A DNA stretch of 22,010 nt from Octopus sinensis (taxonomy: Eukaryota): NCBI RefSeq assembly GCF_006345805.1, contig NW_021837022.1, positions 1 to 22,010 on the forward strand, in the 5' to 3' direction. Below the pieces are notes generated by a model. That model ran no database searches, was not told the DNA's origin, and worked only from the letters and a program-made list of their open reading frames with translations. Both the position numbers and the translations under genes were made by a program. Positions 1 to 9,465 of this stretch are shown in pieces (position 1 is the stretch's first letter; each line of letters opens with the position of its first letter).

Positions 1-8
1 TTTACGGG

Positions 9-940
9 AATTGAAACCGCGATCTCGCGATCGCGAATGTTACACCGTTAACAGCCTGGTCATTCGCCTTGGACACCAATTATATTATTTAACATGTTAT
101 ATGACATAGGGGGCAGCATCCCAGAATCCTTCTTATCTACTAGGCGTTTTCCGACGCAACACCCACTGATTTACATGGATCCCGAGAAAAATCTGAGCGT
201 TACTCCTAAGTGATGTCTCTTGTCAGCTAACGATATGGCGTTGTATCATGTAATGATAGAAAGTCTGACGCAGAAAATTGCGTTGTTTGATGTGGTGATA
301 CAGTCTGAGAACGAGGCCAATTTTAGGTACATATCTTTGTTTGATTTTTGTGTGTTTTACTTAGGGTGTTGTTGTCGACGTTGTTGTTTGCCCTGACTGA
401 TCGTAATTTTGCACAAAGGCATTCCAATTATACCCTACTAATTATTTTTATTCAAACATTAGCAACCATGTCCTCCATTGTCTAAAATAAGAGTCTGTGA
501 TTGGAAAGAGATTTCGCAGGTATCTCCAGGTGTTTGATGGAAAACATTGTAAACATATCTGCGTCACAAGCCAATGTTTCCTGATTGAGTAAAGCTATGG
601 TCAGAGGACATCCAGTCGTCATCTTCCCATCCATTTAGTTATATAGCATTGTCTCCGGTCTCTAGGTGAGCAGGGCTTTCCCTGAATTCAATTGCAACCA
701 AAAACCCATAGGACACTTGTGTGTAGACCACTAAATACATGCTTCCACCACCTCAGATCTGAATGCTTCACCATCTTCCCATCCCCGCAGGACTTTCGAA
801 TGAAAAAATAAGTTGTACAGTTAAAAAGTATAGAGCTTAAATTAAAAAGATAATATTAAACAAGAATATCCAAGCAAATAGTCGACAATGCCTGTACACA
901 ATACCTGTACACAAATTTACAAATTGCTTTGCAGCGCTCC
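9..940 (-). pseudogene. GT92 (GALT-1-like glycosyltransferase) pseudogene A, copy 1; 3' end lies before the window start
   Basis: Paralog of 12295-13240. Carries the same frameshifted motifs (HxLILD, NWNAF, KLASFS, FLGIHV) and a hydrophobic RLFAWIFLFNIIFLI stretch at 837-890; has an extra ~14-bp deletion near 692. Confidence 0.55.
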
Positions 941-947
941 TGTCGGC

Positions 948-1310
948 TATTCGCGTTCTGAGTTCCTTTCCCGCCGAAGTCCCCTTTGCATTTGATTTCT
1001 CAGAGGAGCTGAAGTCCAATTAGTCGACTGACCACTTCCCCCACAAAACAACAACCACTGGCATTCTAACCTAAGCCAGAGTAAACATTATATAGCGGCA
1101 ATCTAGGATTTCAGGACAAAGAATTGCTACGCGGTGTTATATGTAATCATGTATGGTTATATAAAATGCATCGGGATATATATACATACACAAACACGAA
1201 CAAATATATGTGCGTGTATGTGTGAGTGTGTAAGTGTACCTGTGTGTGTATGTGAATGTGAATGTGTGCAAATATGTACGTTTGTGTGTGTATATATATA
1301 TATATATATA
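948..1310 (+). repeat. Flank X1: diverged SINE-like head plus GT/TA microsatellite, paralogous to 3319-3630
   Basis: tattcgcgttctgagttcc...gaagtccaattagtcgactg...ctaagccaga...gcggcaatctagga...gtaatcatgtatggttatataaa recurs at 3319-3540; the start resembles the S1 SINE head. Confidence 0.7.
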
Positions 1311-1317
1311 TTAGGTG

Positions 1318-1460
1318 TAAAGCCCTTGTGAGTGATTTGGTAGACAGAAACAAAGAAGCCCGTCGTATATATGTATATATATGTGCGTGTGTGTGTCTAT
1401 ATGTTTCTATGTGTTATTTTATAGGTCACTTTTGCCGATCCGCTATGTTAAGGGGGGGGT
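1318..1460. mobile_element. Rearranged fragments of tRNA-derived SINE S2 (one piece in each orientation)
   Basis: ttgtgagtgatttggtagacagaaac...aagaagcccgtcgta matches the + S2 at 9040-9085; ttttgccgatccgctatgttaagg matches the - S2 at 2699-2725 and 4221-4245. Confidence 0.65.
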
Positions 1461-1504
1461 GTGTATGGTTGCTTGGAACCAAATGCTCACCGACAAATTA
1501 TCGT

Positions 1505-2270
1505 CAGAAATTAAACAAGTTTTCTCCACTTATCTGAATATTCTATGGCTCCTCATATAGTTTTTGATCGATTATTGGGATGGCGATATCTCATTTCTCT
1601 AGTTACTAAAATGCAAACCCGACGAATTTCCCTCCTTTCCCAGAATATATTTCAGTTGGTTGTAAATTATGCTTGTTGTTCACTGATGACAAGGCTATGA
1701 TCAGAGGCGTTTCGGTCATGATCATCCCGTCGATTTACTTACTTCACAATATTGGTTGTGTTCTTTCCATGGTTAAATCGGTAGGGTGTGAGACAATTGA
1801 ATACATTGTCTCAAATGCTTTAGGGCTCGCACAAGTAATGGACATTCACTAGTCCTGAACCTACACCGACAATCATTATTCTAATACATCACATGATGTG
1901 GATGTTAATTTTTATAGATCTTTCCGAAATATAAGTCCGACCTTACTATCAAGATGAAGCATCAATTTATTAAATGACATCTAGGATTGAATTGTTCTGC
2001 TACTAGCAGAAGAATGAAAGTGATATTCTACGTGGTTTACTCTGCATGTGTGTTTAGTATATTGTAACCTTCATGTACTTGGGTTATCTCAAGTAAAACA
2101 TAGCCTCGAATGTTTAGGGACGTCCAGTTCACCCTGTGTAACTTGCCACTGGAGTCACACAGCAGATGCAGGTACTAGAGGTTAAAGACTGTACTAATTC
2201 CCTAAGTTGTTCACTTGAGCATCCGCAACCAAGTTATTATTATTCGATATACAAAAAAATTTAGATTGTC
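1505..2270 (-). pseudogene. GT92 pseudogene B (internally deleted)
   Basis: 1505-1946 aligns with 4850-5715 apart from a 394-bp deletion near 1566. 1946-2270 continues upstream with weaker GT92-like translation (KPRRISLSFFC; HLIN*CFILIVRSDLYFGKIY). Confidence 0.55.
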
Positions 2271-2284
2271 TGAGTACGTTCGCG

Positions 2285-2347
<63 letters not shown>

Positions 2348-2362
2348 TGTATATATATATAT
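2285..2362. repeat. (TA)n microsatellite
   Basis: Direct inspection; shorter in copy 2 (~14629-14685). Confidence 0.95.
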
Positions 2363-2364
2363 TA

Positions 2365-3315
2365 GTATATGTGGGCGTCTATGTGCATCTGTGTGTGTGA
2401 GTACATGCACAAGTGTTCGGCTTTTAACATACACACACATACACCACACACATGCACATACACACACGCACACGATCACACATATTTGTATATATATATA
2501 TATAAAAATATTCATACGCATTCAGAGATCTTCACACACATATAAATAGTGTATTCTCTTCTTTAATTCTTTTAATTGTTTAAGTCATTTGACTGCGGCC
2601 CTGCTGGAGTACCACCTGAAAAGCCTTTAAGCCGAAGAGCCGAAGAAATTTACAGTTGGGCTTAGTTTTTGTAAGCCTGGTACATATTTTTTTGAACGCT
2701 TTTGCCGAACAACTATGTTAAGGCGGGAGTAAAAGAACTGCTCTCAAGCTGTGAACGGGTAGCAAACATAGTCACACAGACACACACGCACACAGGTAAA
2801 CACACACACACACACGCTCTCACACACACACGCGCGCGCGCACCACACATACACTCACAGACACACTCACACACACATATGTATATATATATATATATAT
2901 AACGGATTTCCTTAAGGTCCGTCTACTAAACCCACTCACAAGTCTTTGCTCGGCCCGAGGTTATAGTAGAAGACACTTTCCCAGGTTGCCAAGCAGGGAA
3001 ATGAAACCTGGACCTATGTGCTTGCGGAGCAAGCTTCTTGCCACATAGCCACGCCTATGCATGTGTGTTTATGTAGACGTCTATAAAAGGATGAAGAGGA
3101 CAATCAAATGTTTAACTAATATTTCTTACGTGCGTGTAACAACGTTATGGTTGCTTGGAACCAAATGCTCACCGACAAATGACTGTCAGGAACAACGTTA
3201 TTCTATTAAGTTGCATAGTTATAGAAAGATAGATAGGGATGGAAAAATAAATCATATAAATGTGTGTCTATATATAAACGTTAAATCTTAAAAGAAAAAT
3301 AACAAAACTCGATTT
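2365..3315. repeat. Flank Y1 (older internal duplication, paralog of 3905-4805)
   Basis: Same order of blocks as Y2: CA-rich stretch, S2 SINE, then gtaacaacgttatggttgcttggaacc...ctcaccgacaaatga...gttaaatcttaaaagaaaa. Confidence 0.8.
2566..3058 (-). mobile_element. tRNA-derived SINE S2 (Octopus-type), near full length, with internal CA/TA microsatellite
   Basis: gtcatttgactgcggcc...ttttgccgaac...(CA)n(TA)n...gtctactaaacccactcacaag...atagtagaagacact...gccacatagccacgcc; reverse complement of the + element at 8941-9304. Confidence 0.8.
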
Positions 3316-3318
3316 ATT

Positions 3319-3630
3319 TATTCGCATTCTGATTTCCTTTCCTGTCGAACTACCCTTTGCCTTTCATTTCTCAGAGGTGCTGAAGTCCAATTAGTCGACT
3401 GTCCAATTCCCCCAAAAAACACAACCACTGGCAATCTACCTAAGCCAGAAACCACTTTATAGGCGGCAATCTAGGACTTTAGGACGAAGAATTTCTACGC
3501 GGGGTCATACGTAATCATGTATGGTTATATAAAGATGCATGAGGATATATATACATAAACAAACACGCACAACTATATGTGTGTGTGTATGAATGTGTGC
3601 GCATATGAGTGTGTATGTATTTACGTTTGT
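3319..3630 (+). repeat. Flank X2 (paralog of X1)
   Basis: Colinear similarity to 948-1300. Confidence 0.75.
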
Positions 3631-3852
3631 ATATATATATATATATAAATTATATATGTATATATATATATAATATATATATATGTATATAATATATATA
3701 AATATATATATGTATATATATATAAATATATATATGTATATATATATATAAATATATATATATGTATATATATATATATAATATATATATGTATATTATA
3801 TAAATATATATATGTATATATATATATATATAAATATATATAGTATATATAG

Positions 3853-3900
<48 letters not shown>
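3630..3900. repeat. Interrupted (TA)n tract, ~270 bp
   Basis: TA runs punctuated by AA and G at quasi-regular ~10-22 nt spacing; ~190 bp in copy 2. Confidence 0.95.
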
Positions 3901-3901
<1 letters not shown>

Positions 3902-3904
3902 ATG

Positions 3905-4805
3905 TATATGTGAGCGTGTGGTCTACATGTGTGTTGGAATCATGCACATGTGTACGAGGCAAACACTCACACACACAACACACACATATATAATATATAG
4001 GTATATAAGTACATATTATATATTCATATACGCATTTATATATATACACACACGCATGCGCACACACCATATAAAGGTGTATTCTTATTCTTTAAATTCC
4101 TTTACGTGTTGAAGTCATTGCCCACGGTCATGCTGGAGCACCATATCAAAAGCCTTTAAGCCCAATAAATTGACATCAGAGCTTATTCTTTGTAAGCCAA
4201 GTACTTATTTTATTGGCCGCTTTTGCCGAACCGCAATGTTAAGGAGGGGCCTTAAAAAACTGCTGTCAAGATATGAATGGGTAACAAACATAGTCGCAAA
4301 ACAGAAACACACATACACAAACAAACAAACTCACACACACACACACAAACACATATATGCTTCAATATATATAGATACATATAGAACGCACTTCTTTCGG
4401 TTTCCGTCTACCAAATCCACTCGTAAGGCTTTGGTCGGTCTGAGGTTATTAGTAGAAGACACTTTCCCAAATTGCCATGCAGTGAAACTGAACCTGGAAC
4501 TATCTGCTTGTGAAGCATGTTTCTTACCACACAGCCACGCCTATGCATATGTGTTTATGTAGAAGTCTATATATAGGATGAACAGGACAAAGAAATGTTT
4601 GAATAATAATTCTGAAGTGCATGTAACAACGTTATGGTTGCTTGGAACCAAAATCTCACCGACAAATGATCGTCAGGAACAACTTAATTGTATTAATTTG
4701 CATAGTTATAGAAAGATAGAGAGAGGGAAAAATAAATCATATATACATGTGTGTGTAGATACAAATGTTAAATCTTAAAAGAAAAGTAACAAAAATTGAT
4801 TTACC
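3905..4805. repeat. Flank Y2 (paralog of Y1)
   Basis: Colinear with 2365-3315; its last ~60 bp also match 12030-12090 next to pseudogene A. Confidence 0.8.
4096..4543 (-). mobile_element. tRNA-derived SINE S2
   Basis: catgctggagcacc...ctttgtaagccaagtacttatt...ttttgccgaaccgc...tttccgtctaccaaatccactc...gtagaagacact...cttaccacacagccacgcc. Confidence 0.8.
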
Positions 4806-5715
4806 TTTATAGAGCCGGCCCCAAATATGACTTCGGTTTGAATTTTTGACAGAAATTAAATGTTTTATCCACTTATCGGAATATTCTATTGCCTCATATA
4901 AGTTTTTTGTCTCAACCTTCCAGGTGCTATCCGAAAAGCATACTGAATGAAATACCCTGTTGTAATAATTCTCTAATTATTTTTAAAACGAGAGTGGCAG
5001 TATTTTTTCTTGATGTATGTGATTGGCTGAAATTCTTTAATATCCGGAAAATAAATCCATTTTCCAGCTAGTCACCATTCCTACACGTCGAGTGTTGAAA
5101 TGGTCGCTGTGCAACATAAGATGAATTGTTCTGCGCACAAAACATCACTCGTCCCAGGATCTGAAATCACGACCTTAATCACGATTTCATGTCCTCGACT
5201 TCTATTATATTACCAAAACTTTATTTTTCATATGTCCTGACAACACCCACAGAATATTCTTATCTACTTGTCGCTTTTCTAAAACAAACGCCATTGTTTT
5301 TTACCGATTATGGGATGGCGATATCTGCTCAAAAATATGACCTCATCGCTCTAGTTACTAAAATGGAAACCCGGCCAATTTTCCTCGTTTCGCAGAATAT
5401 ATTTCAGTTATTTGTAAAGAATGCTTGTTGTTCAATGATGACAAGACTATGATCAGAGGCGTTTCGGTCATGATCATCCCGTCGATTTACTTACATCGCA
5501 ATGTGTGTTGTGTTCTTTCCGTGGTTAAGACGGTAGGGTGTGAGACAATGGAATATCATTGACTCAAATGCTTACGATAGGGCTGATAGCGCAAACGTTC
5601 AAGTAATGGACAATCATTAGTCCTGAAACCTACACCTGCAATCATTATTGTAATACATCACATGATGTGGATGTTAATTTTCATAGATCTCTCCGAAATA
5701 TAAGTCCGACCTTAC
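4806..5715 (-). pseudogene. GT92 pseudogene C (5' half replaced by LINE fragments)
   Basis: Hand translation across frameshifts: VMYY..(G)..QD.L.I, RY(Q)..IVSI.VND, FHCL..YRLNHGKNTTHIAM.V-ID(G/E)MIM-PKR, KLAGF.F.N, YEAIEYSDKWI. This fits the GT92 order YY..G..W.LP / HY.GQ...NDCLYR / DxDE.I.P / AxFxF. Confidence 0.6.
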
Positions 5716-5719
5716 AATT

Positions 5720-6912
5720 AATTTTTGCTTAGAAACTCTGTCTCCCTTTTCAGCTTCCTTTCAGCAACCATAACCATGTCTCACTATTACTATTTCCTGC
5801 AACTATCTTTGCCAATCGACCATGCCATACATTCTCTTGTCAGTTAGATTATCTTCCTACTTTTTTTATTGTTTTAATTTCATTTGGCTTTTTCCTTTCC
5901 TATCTCCTACTATAACTCAGGCAAATCATAAATTTTATTCATTATTATATATATCAACTCTAGCTAACTCTACCCTACTTTCTGCTGATATTAAACCGCT
6001 TCCACCTTCGTTATTCTAAGTAAGTGCAATCTTGCTCTTCCTAATCGAGGCTGAAGTCCTCTATTCATATTGAATTCCTTCCTAGTTCTTCTGTCTAGAT
6101 TTGCTAATTCAGATCTTTTCCAATCAACAATTCTGCTGAATACCGAAGTAACGACACTTCCCAAAGTTTTTACAACCTTTACTAGATTTAGAACCCTTCG
6201 CTTTCCCTTCATTAGCTTCTTCAACCTTCCGATGTACTCCTTAGCTATTTTTGTTTTCTTTCCATTTTTAGTACCTCTCAGATTCCTAATACTCCGAAGC
6301 ACTTATGATTCTCTGCTTCAGTGATATTACTTTCTTGCTATCTTGCCTTCACTGCTGACTACCTGTCCCCTTTTTATGATTTATGATGCGCACATCTATG
6401 CCAAATTCCATGCCTATATCTTTTCTTAAGCGCCTTACAATTCCTATTAAGGAACCAAAAGGTTCTAATCGTCCCTTGAGCAAATGATTAATATTTCTTT
6501 TAACATCTCTAAACTGATACCCTGACTTTGCCTTTCTTAGTACTAAATTGACGACAGCTAAGTATAACACAAATATTAATGGAGATAACGGGTCTCCCTG
6601 GAGAATTCCTCACCTGATATTAACTTTTCCTAAGACAGTGTCACCTGAGTAGAGATATAATTTCCAATTCTTTGAACTATAGCTGTAAACTAATAAGTCT
6701 CTTGTGTTGTCTGCAACACTGAATATACTCAAATATTCACTTATCCGTGAGTGTTGAATCATGCCATATGTTTTATACTGTTGAAGTTGCATTCTTTATT
6801 TTAGAACTGCTTTCTCTGTGTATAGATCGTGCGTTCGTCTAGCCTTCTTTCTGCAAACATTTCAGTTCTTCTGGTAGCAAATTCTGGTTGTCCAGTTGAT
6901 TCTAAATGTTTT
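5720..6912 (-). mobile_element. Degenerate R4/Dong-clade non-LTR retrotransposon fragment: RT domain 2 to post-thumb
   Basis: Minus-strand frames give NLLPEE.K.CRKKARRTHDL, MIQHSRISEYL, GILQGDPLSPLIFV (6568-6609), INHLL then DD in a shifted frame (6468-6473, followed by a stop), DIGMEFGID, KEYIGRLKKLMK, WKRSELANLDRRTRK, EGGSGLIS, TWLWLLKG. Confidence 0.9.
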
Positions 6913-7490
6913 CTTGTGTGAATTCATGTTAAAAGTCTCTACATTGGGAATTGCCTGGTTTTTGTCTATTTTGGATTTTATGTAGTTAGTTATGAATGCC
7001 TGATCGTTGCGGTTGCTTACAACACTGTCTCCCTTTTCATTTTCCGTTCTGAAGCCATATTTGTCTGTAAGTGTCCCTTGGCTATTCTTTCTGTACCCTT
7101 TCTGTTCCACTGGTGCTTTGTAATTTATTTCCAGGAAATCATACACCTAATTAAATATTATTCCTGTCATCAGCTTCCACATGAGGGGCAGACAGGTGAT
7201 AGGCCGGTGATAATCCACTGCATTGCTTTGTTGGGATTATTTTGGCAAAGAATTGTTTGACTTTTGGTCAGCCTCTTTGGGATTTGTACCCCGTTGTTGA
7301 TCATTTTATATATTTGCTTGGCTATTCTTCTGTGTACTGCTGGGGAAATTTTCAGCCAATATCCTTGTACCCCATCCGGTCCTGGGTATTTCCAGTTTGG
7401 CGATTTAATCACTCTGGCCCACATTGGTAGTCAAATATACAATGAGGCGACAGGTGTTTATATATCTGCTTTTACTCGTCCTTAATTACT
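6913..7490 (-). mobile_element. Second R4/Dong-like fragment: RT domains 0-2 fused to the pre-zinc-knuckle region
   Basis: NWKYPGPDGVQGYWLK (ORF 7170-7424), YHRPITCLPLMWKLMTGII, EQKGYRKNSQGT, then a jump to WLQNGK.KRET....DQAFITNYIKSKIDKNQAIP(K)CR. Confidence 0.88.
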
Positions 7491-7497
7491 AAACAAT

Positions 7498-7810
7498 ACT
7501 CTCCTCTCTCTCTCTTTCTCTCTCTCTCCTCTAATAACTTAATTAAATTTAACTCTCTATAATTATCTACGATGACTATGCGGGAATTTGTATGTGGGTG
7601 TGTCTGTGCGTGCAAACAGACATTTATCTGTCCATTTTTAAACTCATACGTATGGATGTGTATGTATGGCCGCGTAAGTGTGTGTATCTGACTGTGTGTA
7701 TATCAATAGGAATATGCCACTGCATATGTGTCTGTGTGTGTTTGCATATGTTAGTGCGTGTGTGTATGTGTATGTCTCTCTCTGTATGTATGTGTGTGTA
7801 TACATGCATC
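7498..7810. repeat. (CT)n tract and degenerate GT-rich low-complexity sequence
   Basis: Direct inspection. Confidence 0.7.
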
Positions 7811-7976
7811 CCTTTAACCCCCAAGTCAAACACCCCTTCACTATATAGACTAATCTCTATATACTCTCATATATTTCTCATTCGCCCAATAATAGACTCT
7901 TCCAAGGCCTTCCAAATCTGATTCACTTTCTATTCAAAGATGCAACTGTTAATTTCCATTATCCTTTGCCAGGGAC

Positions 7977-8745
7977 TTACCTGGAAACTTTACTAACTCT
8001 TCGATCACGAAAATACCAGACATATTTATCTGAGAACTCCATGGTTTCCCAAAAGACTGGGAACGAATAATATCCTCGATTAAGGATATTATGCATTTCT
8101 GCATTTTCTTTTATCTGTGCATATTTGTAACCACTCTGCACAGTTCTTTTATTTGTTTCAGCCATTTCACTGCAGCCATGCTGGAGCAATGCCTTTTTCA
8201 CCGAATTTATTATTTATAAGACTGTACTTATTCTATGAGTCTCCTTTGCTGAACCACTAATTACATGGACGCAAACTCACCAACATCGTTTGTAAAGCGA
8301 TGGTGGTGGACAGACACAGAGACAAAAACTCACACACACACACACACACACAACACACACAAAACTTATATTATAAATTATAAAATGAATGTTCTTGAAA
8401 AAGGCTAAATGTTTTTCTTGCTCCTAATCTGTTATAATTTATGTCCTCCGCTCAATGATCAACCACACCTTAAACCCATGATACCCAATTTCTGCACCAC
8501 ATTTTTCTGTTCAAGCCGGTGTTTTAGTGGTAAACCAAACTGAGCAGTCACACTACATACGACCTTTTACATGATTTTCTTTTGTATCAACGCTAAGGTA
8601 TAATATATACTTTTATGTGGCTTTGGGGAGTGGCATGAACGGATTTCTTCTATTTGTATGTATTTCAATTTCTCGTGTAACGAACAATTCCTTTAACGAA
8701 CATGGCTCGGAAAGGATTATGTGTATATATAGAGATGGCACTGGT
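7977..8745 (-). pseudogene. Tentative, more diverged GT92 remnant D, interrupted by a SINE
   Basis: In order: ISIYTHN..MFVKGIV, VHATPQ, KYILYLSVD..E.IM.K, W, GYHGFKV, [SINE 8144-8360], SGYKYAQIKENAEMHNI, ETMEFSDKYV, stop. Similarity is motif-level only. Confidence 0.35.
8144..8360 (-). mobile_element. S2 SINE 3' half plus (CA)n
   Basis: ttcttttatttgtttcagccatttcactgcagccatgctggagca...gtacttattctat...caccaacatcgtttgtaaagcgatggtgg...acagacacaga. Confidence 0.75.
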
Positions 8746-8751
8746 TTGAGA

Positions 8752-8940
8752 AGTTTTGAGTCGAACTAATTGACCTCAGTACTTAATGTTTTAAGCCTTG
8801 TACTTATTTTATTGGAGTATATTGGTGAACCGCTAAGTTACCGGAACGTAAGCACACCAACACAGGTCATCAAGAGGTGGGACAAACACTGACACAAAGA
8901 CACACACACTGATACATACAGACAGACATATATAGACATA
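8752..8940 (-). mobile_element. S2 SINE 3' half (host of the nested insertion)
   Basis: gtcgaactaattgacctcagtactt...gtacttatt...gaaccgctaagttacc.gaacgtaa.cacaccaac...ggacaaacac. Confidence 0.75.
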
Positions 8941-9304
8941 GAAGTGGCCGTAGAGTATGAAACACATGGTTCCGGGTTCAGTCCCGTTGCGAGACATTTT
9001 GGCTGAGTGTCTTCTACTATAGCCAAGGGCCGACCATAGTCTTGTGAGTGGATTTCATAGATGGAAACTCAAATAAGCCCGTCGTATGTGTGTGTGTGTA
9101 TTTGTGTGTCTATATTTGTCCCTCCACCATCATTTGACAACCGATGTTGGTGTGCTTACGTCCCTGTAACATAGCGGTTCTGGAAAAGAAACTGATAGAA
9201 TAAGTACTAGGATTACAAAGGTTAAGTCCTAGGGTCGATTTGTTCGACTAAAGGCGGAGCTCCAACATGGCCGCAGTCAAATGACTGAAACAAGTAAAAG
9301 AATA
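8941..9304 (+). mobile_element. S2 SINE, near full length, inserted antiparallel into another S2
   Basis: B-box-like gggttcagtccc at 8974-8985; body gagtgtcttctactatagcc...gtgagtggattt...gcccgtcgta; tail ending ggccgcagtcaaatgactgaaacaagtaaaagaata. Confidence 0.85.
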
Positions 9305-9465
9305 GTCACGATAGGCTTCTTTCCGTTTCCATCTACCAAATCCACATATGAAGATTTTGAGAGTCCAATGGCTACAGTAGAAGACATTTATGTAGCGTGC
9401 CACGCAGTGGAACTGAACCCGAATCCAAATTTGGAAGCAAGCGTCTTACCACACAGCCGCGCCTA
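9305..9465 (-). mobile_element. S2 SINE 5' half (tRNA-like head of the host element)
   Basis: ggcttctttccgtttccatctaccaaatccac...gtagaagaca...gtgccacgcagtggaactgaaccc...cttaccacacagccgcgcc. Confidence 0.8.

Noticed and set aside
25-36. 12-bp palindrome TCGCGATCGCGA
   Set aside because: Not conserved in copy 2 (tcgctatcgcga); lies inside a pseudogene; expected by chance.
887-912. 13-bp tandem repeat atgcctgtacaca (perfect at ~13195-13220)
   Set aside because: Only two units, consistent with simple slippage; not an array, and no CRISPR-like spacer structure anywhere in the window.
2800-2880. (CA)n(CG)5 alternating purine-pyrimidine tract with Z-DNA potential
   Set aside because: It is the ordinary internal microsatellite of an S2 SINE; nothing indicates function.
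1134-4112. Many 60-150 aa ORFs rich in YI/CV/HT repeats (also 10830-11735 and 14556-16971)
   Set aside because: They are translations of (TA)n, (TG)n, (CA)n and (CT)n microsatellites and SINE bodies, with no coding signal.
4806-5715. Considered a DNA transposon (piggyBac-like) or polysaccharide deacetylase origin for the repeated A/B/C modules
   Set aside because: No terminal inverted repeats, TTAA target duplications or DDD/DDE motifs, and no deacetylase TFDD/H-x3-H motif. The GT92 motif order fits better.
7975-7983. Perfect minus-strand splice donor CAG|GTAAGT with a possible 76-nt exon (8056-7981)
   Set aside because: The GT is lost in copy 2 (CAG|GAAAGT), and the TAA coincides with the stop of the putative GT92 remnant D, so the match is probably coincidental.
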